From Camelus dromedarius (lineage: Eukaryota): a stretch of DNA of 64,000 nt. The notes under the pieces are model-generated. The model saw nothing but the letters and a program-made list of their open reading frames with translations. It was not told the origin of the DNA and searched no databases. Positions 1 to 12,955 of the stretch are shown in pieces. Where the stretch lies: NCBI RefSeq assembly GCF_036321535.1, contig NC_087436.1, positions 78,928,001 through 78,992,000 of the forward strand, written 5' to 3'. The translations under genes were made by a program, and so were the position numbers. The stretch's first letter is position 1. Each line of letters begins with the position of its first letter.

Positions 1-170
1 TCTCAGCCCAGCTGTGCACCAGAAACATTCAAAGACCTTTTTCAAAAAAAAAAAAAAGCCAGGGCCTCATCCTAGAGATTCCAATACAGTAGGTCCGGGT
101 GGGGGCCCAGGCTTCTGAATATTTTAAAGGATCCCCAAGTGATTCTGATGGATTTTGACAATAGTTGGAG
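1..170. mobile_element. MER5-like hAT DNA transposon relic
   Basis: cctagagattccaatacagtaggtccgggtgggggcccagg...ccccaagtgattctgatg resembles the MER5A core. Confidence 0.6.
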
Positions 171-1974
171 TGGAAAAGATGAATGAATTGGTGGGTGGAT
201 GAATCTGTGATTGCATGTGCGACCGAGAGGGTCTCGCTCCTGTCAGTTCACGCTCAGAGTGAACAAATGGCCGGCGTTTACAAGGGAGGAGGGCAGGTGC
301 CTGTTGTGGTGGCCACCAACCCACCACTGCCAGGGGAAATAAAGTCAGAAACCAGCTGCCTTTACCCATGACCAGGGATTTCCGACAACTAGGGGCAGGC
401 GGGAACAAGTCCCCACTGGCAAAGGAGGAGCTAAAGGAAGGGAAGGAGCAAAGGGAAGCACTAAGGGTCCAGGTCTTTACTGTGTTGCTCCATTTTTCTC
501 CAGCTGCGACCTGACGCTGGCTGTACTGTTCTCCTCCCTGTGCAGCTGGGGACCAGGCTGGGGAGGGCAGGTGGTTTGTTCCAGCCTGTACCTACAGGGG
601 CTAGGCTTTGAACCCAGACTCCCTGACTCCAAAGCCCCTACTCTGAACTCCAGGGTAGTGCCACCTCCATAGAAACAGGACATGTCCCAGTAAAGGGATG
701 GGGAGACTGCACACAGAGACTACAGAATGTCACAATAAACACTCCACCAGAATCATGCCACCCAAAGATGGTGATGCCTTTTATAAACATTTAAAGAAGC
801 CACCATGGCTGTGTCACCCTTTTGTAAATCTATCAGTGGCTTTTCCAAGCAATTATTTTAAGTTTATATAATACACAAAACTAGACAAGGTGAGAACTAA
901 AATGTTACACATGGTCAGGCTGATAATTTGGATGTAAAGCTCTGCCTTATTTCTGAGTCACAAATGCTCCAAGTCCCAGACAGACAGACAGACACCGAAG
1001 CCGTGCGGGTTCCTGATTCAGACCTCGCAGTAGAGAGCACTGCATGTCTAACCCTCTGGTACCACTTTAACACTTGCCGCAAGTCTTAAAACAACTCTCC
1101 GCGCACTGTCGTCAACCCCATTTCACAGCACTGAGGCTCCCACGCTGGAAAGTGGCCTGTCTGAAGCTGAACGAAGTGGCAACGCTGAGATTCCAGCTCT
1201 GGCTCCCACTCTGCAGCGCCACTTCTCATTTCAGGATCACGGGGCAGTCTGCAGTGACCTTGACCAGCTTTAGGAAAAACCGAGTTAATAATGTTAACCT
1301 CGACCTATATTTATACTGGTTGGGACTATTAAGCCAGCAAAAGCACAGTCCATCCTCTCGGGTCTCACTGCACTCCGCCCAGCCTGGGGTAAGGCTCTTA
1401 GTGCTTGCCCGCTTATTAAAAATGCAAGAGTTGCAACAATGGGCTAGGAATTACAGGGTTTAAGAGAAAGATTCTTTAATGTTTTTCAGGTTTGTTATTT
1501 TTTTAGTAGTTTAAATATTAAAGATTTTTTTTTAAAGATAACACAAGGAGACATGAGTGGGCAAAAAAGTCAAAACTTGACCTAAAACATTTAGAGAAAA
1601 GATCTGGCCCTGTTTTTACAGCAATTGTAACCGGCTCTGCCGAAAAACCCCCTAAAACCAGTAAAGACCAGGTGAGTTGTCAGCTGAACAAAAAGATTCT
1701 TGTCTACAAAATAGTGGCCTTTGGGAGGAAAATAGGAGGAAGAGAGGATGAAAGGGAGGGAGCGGGGGAGGGAAGGAGGACAGGAGAGATCTGTGTTCAT
1801 TTCTCTTCGGGGCCTTTGAGAAAGAACCTTTGTTTCCCAAGCCAAAGCAATCTTTTCCATGCAAGGCAGGCAACGAAGCCATGTCCTGTGCCAGCTTTGT
1901 AGAACTGATTGTGCTGTAAGAGGGCCTTTTTCACCTTCTGCTAAAGAAAAAAAGCCAGTATCAGGACAAATAAT

Positions 1975-2200
1975 AATAACTGCAGCTAATGATCACTGAC
2001 GATCAAGTAAGGGCCTGCGCTGTGCTGGGCAATTTACACAAGTTATCGAATTTAATTCTCACAACCTCACAAGCAAGAAGTATTGCTATACACTATTTTA
2101 CAGGTAAGAAAGCTGAGGTGTGGAGGTGTCTGTCCAAGGCCATGCAGCTGGTAAGGACAAAGAAAAGCAGGAATCCACATTCAGAGCTGTCTCTTCTGAG
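1975..2200 (-). mobile_element. MIR SINE relic
   Basis: tttaattctcacaacc...attttacaggtaagaaagctgagg...tgtccaaggccatgcagctggtaag. Confidence 0.65.
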
Positions 2201-5200
2201 CTGCGCTCCCCATAGAACACTGGGAGGTAACACAGAAGTCCACGGCCGAGTGCTCTTGTAGGTCCTCAACAACATTAGAGACTTGGTAGAAACAAAAGCA
2301 CAACTCAACCAAGACATCAGGACCATCTAAGGGATGGATGTAGGTTACCCAATGTCTGAAAGGAGAGACAGCTCATCTTTGGGCAACTCTCAGAATTGGG
2401 CAGAATTTGACTGGTGGGCCAGCCTCTCCTGACCCTCTCTCTTGCCAGACTGCCTTGTCAATCCCTGCCACCTCTCAGCTTCCTTGCCATAGGCCAGGTT
2501 CCAGCAATCGGAAGGGCACCAGAGAATCCTGTATCTATCTTAGCAGTGGCATGTTTGCTCTGGGACATGATGCAAGGGAGCAGGGCAAAGTACTGGTATT
2601 GTCATTGAAGTTATCCTATGGAGGAAAAAACCCATGATGTCACCTACACACATTCAGGGACTCTGATGACGTTTTGAAGGAAACCAGAAAAGTCCCTCAC
2701 GTTTCTGGAAACCAAAGGCCAGACGCCTGGAGACAGGACAAACTCATTGGGAAGGAGCCCTAGGACTTTGACCTCAGCACCATGCTTGTTGCCCCTCACT
2801 CCCCTGTGCTATTTGTCTTTGGGTTCAGGGCACGAACTAACTGCCCCTTTGGCCAAAAACCTTGAAAGCAGGCACTCTCGTGAGCTCAAGCCTTCAGATG
2901 GAGGTTTTTCCTCCATTTGGAGTTGCCGTTCTGTCCTTGAAAGTCACAAACTCATCCTTCAGGACCTGTGGGCACCACGAACGTTCTGTTCTGACAGCCT
3001 GCCTACTCAGAAGACAAGGATAAGAAGGGACAACAACTTGTTCTGTCCCAAAGGAGAGTCATAAAAAGGTGGTGGGGTGGAGGTGGGGCAGTGGAGGAGG
3101 TTTGGGCTGAACAATTTGATGGATTTTTCATGTATGACATTTTACCACCACACAAATTACTCTCTGCACACTGCACACCTAACACATCCTCTGCTGGGTG
3201 TGCTGCATGGATGCCTCCTGTTTCCAGGGCAACCTCACCTGGGGTAGAGGGTGGCAAGCAATGGATGGACTGACTAAGCTACTCTTCAGGACTCAGGTCC
3301 TGAAGTGGATGAACAGCCCACTGGTACATGAACTCAGCCCTAAAGCTCAACAGAGCCAGTGCGGGAGTTGGTGAAAAGGGCATCCATCCAGTGGGGGAAA
3401 TGTGTGGCTCAAGGTACCAGGGCTTTCGCTGAAAATAACCCTGAGTCAACAGTCCCCCTAAATACCCTAGCCATGAGCACACCGACCTTAGCTGTCTCTG
3501 TCCTTCATTTCTTCTCTCACAAGATATCCATCAGATAAGACTCACGTATCTGGAATGTTTCTAAGTCACAATTTTGGACCTTGAAACTACAGCATCCACC
3601 ATTGTCTATTCTTTTTGTTTTTGTTTTGTTCATCTGTTTGTTTGTTTTGGTGGGAGGTGGGAGCAATGAAGCCCAGGTAGGGAGAGAATCAAGATTCAGG
3701 GAATGGAACTGATGAAAGGTAGCTAAGGCATTAGACTATGCAGAGAGGCACAAGGATGGGGCTTGGCAACATCACCCACGGAAGGGGAACCCAGAATCCT
3801 GCAGTGTGTTGACTTCTCCAGGGAAGCTGGAGAAGTGCGGGGCCAAGGATGGTGTCCTCTGGCCAAGGTCTTTCAGAACAGAAATTCTGTCTTCACCACA
3901 GGCAGTGGCCTGGAAAGGGCAGAGGTGACTTGGCAAACCTGGAGAGGAGGCCTTGTCCTTGTGACTCCTGGTGGGAGCCAGGGCTAGTGGGTGGGCGGCT
4001 GTAAGAGGCAGAGCCTGTGGGCCCTGAGGAACTCCAGGCATGTAAGATAATATTTTAAGTGTTCCCTCTGACACTGCAGGTATTAAGGCTAAGCCCCAGT
4101 GCCCTGGAGGGAGGTGGGCCCTGGAGTCCAAAGGCACAGTCCTGCCCCTAGGGGAGGTGGGCAGGAGGGAGGAGCTCCATGGAGGCTCTGGGGTAAGGGT
4201 TTTGGCTGGCAATGGAGGAGTGTGTCCATGAGGCAGTGGCTGTGTATCCTACAGTCTAGTCATTTGGAGGTAAAGGAAGAAGGAAGACAGGAAGATGAAC
4301 CAACACATAACAAATAAGATGGTGAAAAGGACACTGAATTGAGAGGAGCACTGAGTCGGGGAGCGCTGAGCAGGGAGGTTACCCAAAGCTTTCAAAGGCT
4401 TCACAGATTCCCAAAGACCCCTGCCCCTCTCATCATTCCTCAGCTCTGCTCAGCCACACACCCCTCCCCAAGAGGCACCCATCTTCTGGATGGGTTTGCT
4501 TCCAAGAGTAGGAACTGCACCATTTCAAGGGAAAGCTTGGAACCCAAGTGTCTCCATTATCAACCTAAGCATTTGGAGCTGGCACTATGCCAAATTAAAA
4601 GCTTTGCAGAAAGAGGTCTTATTTTCTTCCTTCCTCTTCCCCTCTGGAAATAAAAGCAGGTTGTGTTTCTCTTGCCCCGGTTCCTTGGTGAGCTCGGAAA
4701 GAGAAACTGAGAGGGCTTCTTGGATTACCACGTCAAATTCTCAGCCCAGGACATCAAAGCCAGGGTCTTTTGTCCCAGCTAAAGCCACTATAGCGAATGA
4801 CGCCAAAACTAGTTACTGGGGCACGGGGTCTCTGAGGTGGTTCTAAGGTCAGCCACTGGAGTTGTGCAGGGTAGGAACTGAGCATCTGGGGCCCAAGGAG
4901 GTTGGTGGGGGACGCTGTGGGAGTGGTGGGCTCCTGGGCTCCCTCCCCTGCCCGCAGGGCTGCGGGTGCTAGGAAAGACAGTGGGGGTCGGGAGAACTAC
5001 AGGTGCTGTGACAGACCGCACTGGCCAGAAGGGGACAGGTCCTGGAAGGGATCTGCAGGGCCACAGTCGAAGCATTGTGCTGGGGACAGAGAGCTCTCGC
5101 CGTGTGGTTGGTTTTCTCGCTGAGAAACTTCTGGGACCGTAGAAGTGCAACTGGGCATCACTAAGCGGTCAGGGATGGAGGCTTTGCAGGGACAGAAGAA

Positions 5201-5256
5201 ACTGGTTTCTTCCGTTTCTTGCGCGAAAATCAAGACTAATTCTGTGCCGGGTCTCT

Positions 5257-5330
5257 ACACACACGCGCGCACACCGCACACACCACACACACACACACGC
5301 ACACACCACACACACACACCCCACACACAG
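5257..5330. repeat. Imperfect (CA)n microsatellite at the CpG island edge
   Basis: Seen directly. Confidence 0.9.
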
Positions 5331-5819
5331 CCCTTCAACTCCCTTTCTCGTCGTTAGCTCGGCCCCAAGGTCCGTGGCCCACGGAGGAGTCTGAGAAGCT
5401 GAAAGGCGGCAGAGAGAAGCGTCCCTGGGACCCGCCTGAGTGACACAATCATCCCGCTGGTCTCCCCTCCCTGGAATCCGGGTTCTGGCGGTGCCCAGCA
5501 TCTCCCTTCGCGCGCCTCTGCGTACAGCGGTGGCGCCGCAGGACCCCGGGTCCCTCCCGCTCTTCTTCGAGACGCCAGCAAGGGCGCCTGCTTCGGCAGA
5601 CAGCGGGGAAGGCAGAAGTTGAAAATACCTGGACAGAAATACCTGCCCATTCCAAAGGCCAGACAACTGCAGGCGGGAGCACCAGGGCGCTTGCGGGGAG
5701 GCGAGTGGAGAGAGGAGAGGACTCAGCACCTCCCGAAGCCAGCGGCGATCCCGACCCCGCGCGCCCAGGTGCGGCCTCGCCTCGGTGCCCGGGGCGCAGG
5801 GGGCGCCGGCGAGACTTAC

Positions 5820-6057
5820 CCCAGAGCAGAGTGAGCGGCTGGGCTTTGGGGATGAGCACCAGGGAGTACACGGCCCCCAAGTGGAGCAGGCTCATCAGGA
5901 CGACGTTCCTCCAGACGATGTTCTGCCGCTGCCCGCGCGCGCCGGGCCTCTCCCGGCCGCCGCCGCCCTCCGAGTCCTCGACCCCGACCCCCGCACGGAT
6001 TTCCCCTTTGGCGTTGCCGAAGGGGGCCTTCCCCCCGTCGGCGGCCGGACCTGGCAT
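5820..6057 (-). CDS. SCD5: Stearoyl-CoA desaturase 5, coding part of exon 1 (79 codons + 1 nt); remaining exons lie left of the window
   Basis: Translates MPGPAADGGKAPFGNAKGEIRAGVGVEDSEGGGGRERPGARGQRQNIVWRNVVLMSLLHLGAVYSLVLIPKAQPLTLLW, the SCD5 N-terminus with first TM segment; ATG context GCCATGC; phase-1 donor G|GTAAGT at 5819; synteny with SEC31A. Confidence 0.97.
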
Positions 6058-6334
6058 GGCTGGGGAGAGGTAGGCGCCCGCGGCAGCAGGCAAACGATCT
6101 GCCCGCGCGGAGCCCTCCGGTGGGGGCGGCGGCTTCTGCCTTTTAGGGGGGGATCTCCGCACCTCCCGTCCTCGCCTTCCCGGCCTTCTTCTGCTTCTTT
6201 CTCTCTTCTTCAGGCGTTCAGCGTGGCCTAAGGATGCAAATCTCGGCGCCCAGCATCTGTTGCTGGCTTATCACCATACTGCTGTACTGCTGCCGGGGCT
6301 GAACTCCGCGTCCAGGAAAAGGAGGCGACTGCGA

Positions 6335-6454
6335 GGGGCGGGAAGGGGCGCAGGGGAGTTGGGGGAGGGGTGTGGAAAGAGCCGAGAAAGCGGTGGGGGA
6401 GGGAGCGATCGGAGGGAGCCGGGAGGAAAGACCTGCATAGCTACAGCCAATCAG
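6335..6454. promoter_or_regulatory. SCD5: TATA-less proximal promoter: GC box (GGGGCGGG 6335-6342) and NF-Y CCAAT box (AGCCAATCAG 6445-6454)
   Basis: Consensus motif matches 280-400 bp upstream of the ATG; a further GC box at 6836-6844. Confidence 0.65.
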
Positions 6455-6625
6455 GATCGCCCGTGGGGCTCTTAAAGAGAAAGGCGCCCCCTTGGCCTCC
6501 GCTGCCCAGGCTCCCCGGGGCCAGATGGGTCAGCCCGCTGGGCAGGCGGTGGGCAACCTCCGCCCGGGGGTGGGTGGGTTGTGGCGCCTGGGGCAGGGAT
6601 CCTGCAGAGCGGCTCACAGCACTTA

Positions 6626-6656
<31 letters not shown>

Positions 6657-7984
6657 TTCTCCAATTCCCCTAAATATCTTTCCTTTTTGAAAAGACGTCT
6701 TTTTTCTTCTCTGAAGCTACAGGCTGGAGAATTTACAGTATTTGCCCCGAGTCGCAACACAGGTTAAGGCCAGATCTCAGAGAATCACAGGAATCCCTGT
6801 GTCTCCTGGTTCCTATAACTCCTTGGGGCTGTTGCGGGGCGGGGTAGAGGCAGCCGCTCAACTCTTAATTAGACAGCTGTAGCCAGACACACAGCGGGTG
6901 CTCAATTAACGCCTATTATATGATAAATAAATGATTTCGGGGCTGGTTGGTATCTAGTCTTGCCCTGCCCACTGCGCGGCCTATCAGCTGCGAAGCTGTT
7001 GAGGGCAAAAATACTCCGCTCACCAGCGCGCTTCTGGACTGTCTCCTTGGCCTTAAAGTCAGCACCGTTGAGAATGGGGCTTTAGAAAAAAATCACCCAG
7101 AATGTTCCAAGGAAAATTAACCTAAGAAGAAATCGTGTCTGCTCACGATTCCTCCCCTTTCCTACGCTTCTAACGCAGATAATTTAGAGCTATCCAGAGG
7201 GAGCTCTAATTGCACAGAAGTGCAGAGAAGGGTGAGCTGGCCGCGTCCCAAGCAGCTGTGGCGGCACCTGCAAAGGTTAGCAGAAGGAAAAGGGCTCAGT
7301 AACGGAAGCTCGGGGCTCTGAATCCTAGTTCTAACTCGCTGTGACCCAACTCAGCCCTCTCGGGACAAATTCCCTTACCTAGGAACTAGTCTTTACTCAG
7401 CCTTCCAGCCTGTGAATTCTATAAATGTGAGTTTGAAGGGATCTCATTATGTCGACAAATAAAGCTGATTTTTGGATTAACTATAGTTAGGAATCCTTTC
7501 CAGCATTCCAGGAGAGGGGGAAAAATTGTGAAGAACTGACAACATGAAAGGGTTGCACATGAGCATCTTATTGTTAACAGACCTGAACCAGTCCAATCAG
7601 CCAGATAAAACAATGTCTGATTTAAAACTGAAGCGAGGTATATGGCTGTGGAATGGTGGCCACCGAGCCAACATTATGGTGTTGCTTCAGATGGAGCTGA
7701 AATTATAGAATGAAAGGAAATTTGCCTGGCGACCAGATAAGCGTCGGTACTGTCATTAGACCAGTGAGACCACAGAACAGGAAACTTGAGGTGCTGGAAA
7801 TTTCATCAGCCTGCTCAACTTTGGCTTTATAATGAACTGCTTTTTCTTCTCATGCTCCATCTGCTCCCCACAACCACCAGACTCCCTATGGCTCTCTATT
7901 CAGACTGTCCATTCTCTGAGGGTGGACTAGTTGCTCTGTCAAAAGCCTCTCTCTGAATTATTAACTTGCCCCACCCTCACTCTA

Positions 7985-8125
7985 GCCATTCAGTCATTTG
8001 TTTGGCTATTAGGTACATGCTATGTGCTTGGACTGGTGGACCGTAGGGATACAAAAATGAATATGGTGTGATCCCTGCCCTAAAGGAGCTCCCCATTTGG
8101 AGGGAAGACAGGTCAATCAAATGTT
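7985..8125 (-). mobile_element. L2 3' end relic
   Basis: cattcagtcattt...tgctatgtgcttggg...gatacaaaaatgaat...atccctgccctaaaggagctc. Confidence 0.55.
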
Positions 8126-8844
8126 ACCTCTTGGCTATGAACTTGGAAGGGCAGGAAGGTCAAATCTGTTATCAGAAGAAAAAAAAAAATCTTGCTGGGA
8201 ACTTGATTCTTTGTAGGATACAGAGTCCAGAGGAGGCAGCAAAATAGTTCTTTACTTGGCCCCGGAATACCTTATCTGTTAGATAAGTTACTTTATATTG
8301 AATCTATCCAAAATGAACATCTGTCTTCCTCTCTTCTTGCCAAGAGGTCAGACTGGGTGGAGACAATCATTTCAGCTGGTTGGACTCATGATGGAGAAGG
8401 GGATGTTTTTGTCTTAGAGGTGGGAGGAGGTGCTCTTTAGGTCTTCAAGATGCTACTTACAAAACGATGGCTAATGGAAAATAGCCCTTTGAGGTCTAGC
8501 CTCACAGTGAAACCTCTACAGGGTATACTCTTGCTAATAGTGCCTGTCCCTAGTAGCATCAGGCTTGTCTCTTTTCTCCATCTTGCTAAAAACCCTAGTC
8601 TATTTTCTCAGGTTCTGGTGAAGACCTCAGAAGTGGATGAGGGTTCATCTCACTCATAGGACAGTAACATTTATCCTGTCAAATAATTACCGAAAATGTG
8701 GTAAGAGCTCTAGTACTGGTGTGAGGAAGAAAAGGGGAGGCACAAAGGAAGAAGTAGTTAATTCATACTAGAGGGGAGGTGGGGGGTGATATCTGGGTAA
8801 GGTGTTTTGGGTTTTTTTTCTTCTGTTTTTGGAACTTGATTTTT

Positions 8845-9245
8845 TTTTTAACTTTTAATTGTGGTAAAATACACATAACATAAAATTTACCATCTTAACC
8901 ATTTTAAGTGTTCACTTCAGTAGTGTTAAATATATTCATATTGATGTATAACCAATCTCCAGAATGTCTTTATTTTGCAAAATTGAAACTATGGGGAGAT
9001 AACTCCCCATTTCTCCATCTCCCTACCCCCTGGCAACCACCATTGTACTTTCTGATTCTATGAATTTGACTATTCTAAAGTGAAATCATACAGTCTTTTG
9101 TGACTGGCTTATCACTTGGCATAATGTCTTTGAGTATCATCTACATTGTAGAATGCGTCAGAATTTCCTTCCTTTTTAAGACCAAATAATATTCCATTGT
9201 ATTTATTTGCCACATTTTGCTTATCCATTTGTCCGTCAGTGAGGT
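8845..9245 (-). mobile_element. L1MB-type LINE 3' end
   Basis: gtggtaaaatacacataacataaaatttaccatcttaaccattttaagtg...ccctggcaaccaccatt...tatgaatttgactattcta. Confidence 0.8.
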
Positions 9246-12200
9246 ATCTGGACAGTGCCTCCACAGGAGTTTGAAATCCCACATGATGGTGTCTGGGTTT
9301 AGCTGGAGAAAATTTTATGCCCAAGTGTTGGGGGATGCTTTTTAAACAAGGACAAGAAATAGCTGTCAAATGTCAGTAAACAGCTACAGGAGTATAAATA
9401 CAAACTACAAAGCAGCAGGTCTGAGATGTACTGATAGAAAACCTTCAGAGCCACACTGCCTAGATTCTAGCCAGCAGTATGTGCCTTGGCATAGAAGTTG
9501 CTTTAGGCAGAGAGGATAGAAAGAATGACAGAAGATAGAAAGTGTTGAATGGCAACACTACCTATAAAAACTGTGTGAGAGATGCATGGTGAGGCATGTG
9601 GTCTGGTGTGGTCAGGAGGGCTTCACGGAGGAGGTGGCAGCAAACAAAATCCTGAAAGATAGACTGATCTGACAGACACTCCAAGTTAGAAAACTGTAAG
9701 AAAAAGCTTAGAGATGGGAATGAGCCTGGCAAAGTATATACCTAATTTTGCATTCCTTCAAAAAGTAAATACAAGATTTTTTTTTTAATTGTAAACAAAT
9801 ATTTGTGGAGAAAATGCAAGCTCTGGAGAGGAAGTAAAGAGAAAGAAAAGATTCATTCTTGAAGTTAGAGATTTACAATGATTCTCATGCATATGCTTTT
9901 CTTTAGGAAATTTAGGTTTGGGGCTACAGAAATTACAAGGCTGTGACAATGACCCAGGTTTGGCATCTGAAAACTTAGGTTAGAGTTTGCCTTTCCAACT
10001 CTGAATTAGCAAGTTTGAGTACTCTATCTTGTGAGGACAGTGACATTCTCTTAGATCTTCAGCTTCATCCTATATAATAGAAGAATTAAGGCAGCTCCAG
10101 GCTGGAAATACTCTCCATGCAATTTGCCTAATAATCTAACTTCAATTTTTTCATGTGCAAACTGGTGATACCACCTACCTCACAGGAATAGAGCTCAGGA
10201 TGGTGTTTGATACCTAGTAAGTGCTGAATAATGTGGGTATTTTATTGTTTTTAAATCATACTAGAGACATAGACTCTGTACAGTTATGAAACCTGCCCGG
10301 CCACTGTGCTTCTGGGGCCCCAGGCTGGGAAGAGAAACATCGCTGTGTGGGCTAGAGGGATTCAGACACTGAAGGGAAGGAATTCTGGTAGTGCCAGGAT
10401 CTACGTGCACTGAAGGGAATTGTGCAATAAAGTCTCCTGCTCTACTTAATCAGAGGTCATCATTTAAGGCAACTCCTTTGGCTCAGAAGGGAATGAGCTC
10501 TGCTGCTCTTGTGGATTTAAACGGGGAAGGAGGGAGGTTGCCTCTTGGATGAGAGGAATAGGCAACAATTTCGTATGTAAACATCTTTCTGCTGCTAGGG
10601 TGAGAAAACCACTCACAGGCTTTAGATGAGAATGATTTTGGGGATCATAAAGTTGGGAAGTTAGCCTCCAAGGTTATGGGAAGATTGGTTTTGAGATACA
10701 GCAACATCTCGGCTTAATAGAAAATTGGTCTTAGCTTCCTTCAGTCACAGGAGGGTTGGCATCCCTGTTTCTGTACTAAATAGATTGGAAAAATTTTCCA
10801 TTGGATTTTATAGCGGTGGACGAGGGGAGACCTGTTCCTCTGAAATGAATGCTTCTATTGCATTGGATGTGAAAAGAGGGAGGGGTTTTCTTTTAACATT
10901 TGTTATATACATATATATATATGTATATATTTATAAAAATATAAATATAAAAACTCCAGCCTTATTGCTTAAGACCTTTCCACCATTTTCTGACCACTTT
11001 TAATAGAGAGCTACAATTTGACAGCAGGAAACTGGCATCAGAGAAGGCCAGATTTGAAGGTCCTGACTTCCTAATTCATAGAAGAGAGGGTCTACTGTAT
11101 GAAAAACCCACTGAAATATTGAAACCAACCCAAACCTGTCTGTGATATCACCTGTCAGAGACATGCTGCCCTTTGCATCTTTCCAAGTTATTTTCAGTTT
11201 GACTCAATTAACATTCCTTCGTTCAACGTCTATCTCCTTAGCCTTCTGTAGAAGCCAAGCACCCAGCTCAGCGCCCAGGAAAGAGGAGTGCAGGGCTGTG
11301 CTCCTGGAACTCGCTGTTGGGTAGGGGAGGCAGACAGGAATCAAATAATGACTATGTGAAGTGTATGCCGTAAATTCTAACAAATGCTATGGAGGAATCA
11401 TCCTTTTTCAGACCCAGCCACAGTACATGAACATTTATTAATACCTACACCACATCCGCCTTTGACCAACATCTGGCTAGAAACAAGGTCCACAGATCAA
11501 ACTGAACTCCCTCCCTCCTCCCAAATCCCAGCTCGCTGAGATAAATGAACAATCCCTATTGTTGTGGCAGCAGAAAGACAGTATTGACAAGGTTTTCACC
11601 CACATGGCTTCTAGCTGACCAGTTCCCTTCCCCCAACAAACACCCACCCCATTTGCTTTCAGGACTGTTATTTTGGTTTCCAACGGCAGATAAATGTAGA
11701 GAAGCTCTTATTTACTTCTCAAAATTAGCTGCTGTCATTGTTTCTGTCTCAATGACCTCTTTCTCTTCCTGCTGTGTCAATCACCACAGGCTGCTCTTAA
11801 GGCAAAGGCCCTGGGGTTCTCTAGCTGGAAAGGGGCATTTGTCATTATAGTTCAGGAATGTCAAAAGGGTGACCCAGATTTTCAGCACCAGAGGAAAAAA
11901 CTAGTTCATTGTGAGGATTCTATGTAATCAAATGTAACCTATTCTTGATATGGGGAACATGTGTGTAGAAAAATCAGTTTCATGGAAATGTGCATCATTA
12001 CTGAGGGGGACTCCCTACTTAAGGACCTCAAGGCCGAGCAAATACATTTGTACCAAGTCCTCAAATTATAAAGGATTGCTTTATTGCCCACCTCCTCATT
12101 TCCAACCAAGGAGAGAACTGCTTTAATTTTTCTCTGGATTAAAATGAAATTAACTCTACAGGAGGGAAAAAGTTATCCAAATATAAATAGATCTGAGTTT

Positions 12201-12624
12201 CTGTCATCTGTCATCAAAGCTTTGGTGCTTATCCCAAATTTGTTTTTGATTCCTTCTGGAGACTTGCAGGTAATTTACAAAGACGATGTGGGAAAGGCAG
12301 ATGGGTCATAGACTTCCAGAGCTCGAAGGGAAATTAGAGATTATCTAGCCCTACCCCCTCATTTTCCAGGTGGAGAAATGGTGATCTGACCAACAGTAAG
12401 TGGCAGAGAAGACACTAGAACCCAGTTCCTTGACTCTCACATAGGTGATCTTCTGCACTGCCCCTCATGAAGGTACAGTTATAGCAATTGGGATAAAGTG
12501 GGCTCCCCAGCACTTTTTTGTGACCACTCAGGGCTTCCCTCTAGTCTGGAACCCACGTAACCTACCTACCATGACTTCCCTGTTGTGCTCTACAGGAGGT
12601 AAGGGGTTGTTTTGTCCTGCTCTT

Positions 12625-12955
12625 TTCTCCCCTCTCCTTCTCTGAACTACACCCTTGCCTTTGGGGAACTGCTCCATGTGGTTCTGGTGGGGCTTAAAAT
12701 CACTCTGCTCACCTGCGTGAGCGCACTGCGTGGGCCAGCCAGTTCTGCTACCCTACATCTCTGAGCACAGAACTGGAGCAGGCAATGGGCATGAGATCCA
12801 GGCAGAGGCAACCGAGATGTCTTTGTCTGCTGTATTTGAGATTGTGAGAGGTTTTCTCTTCCTTTTGTGGATCACAAGCAGTGGAGATTAGGCTTTGGGC
12901 TGCCAGGGGCTATCTTTCCCACCGTGGAAATAGAACCTGCCTGAAAAGAAGCTAG
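12625..12955. mobile_element. Old ERVL-type LTR relic (LTR16-like)
   Basis: ctccatgtggttctggtggggct...gggcatgagatccaggc...ggctgccaggggctatctttcccacc...cctgcctga. Confidence 0.45.

Larger units (their letters stand above)
1..5819 (-). other. SCD5: SCD5 intron 1 (partial)
   Basis: Follows the donor at 5819; no desaturase exon 2 sequence recognised in 1-5819. Confidence 0.85.
5200..6620. promoter_or_regulatory. SCD5: CpG island over SCD5 promoter and exon 1
   Basis: High GC and dense CpG compared with CpG-poor flanks; boundaries approximate. Confidence 0.9.

Noticed and set aside
124..5800. Many overlapping 60-190 aa ORFs
   Set aside because: No recognisable protein similarity; expected by chance in GC-rich intronic DNA
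5449..6162. 237-aa ORF as a complete protein
   Set aside because: Only 5820-6057 matches SCD5; the rest is GC-rich 5' UTR and intron read-through past a consensus donor
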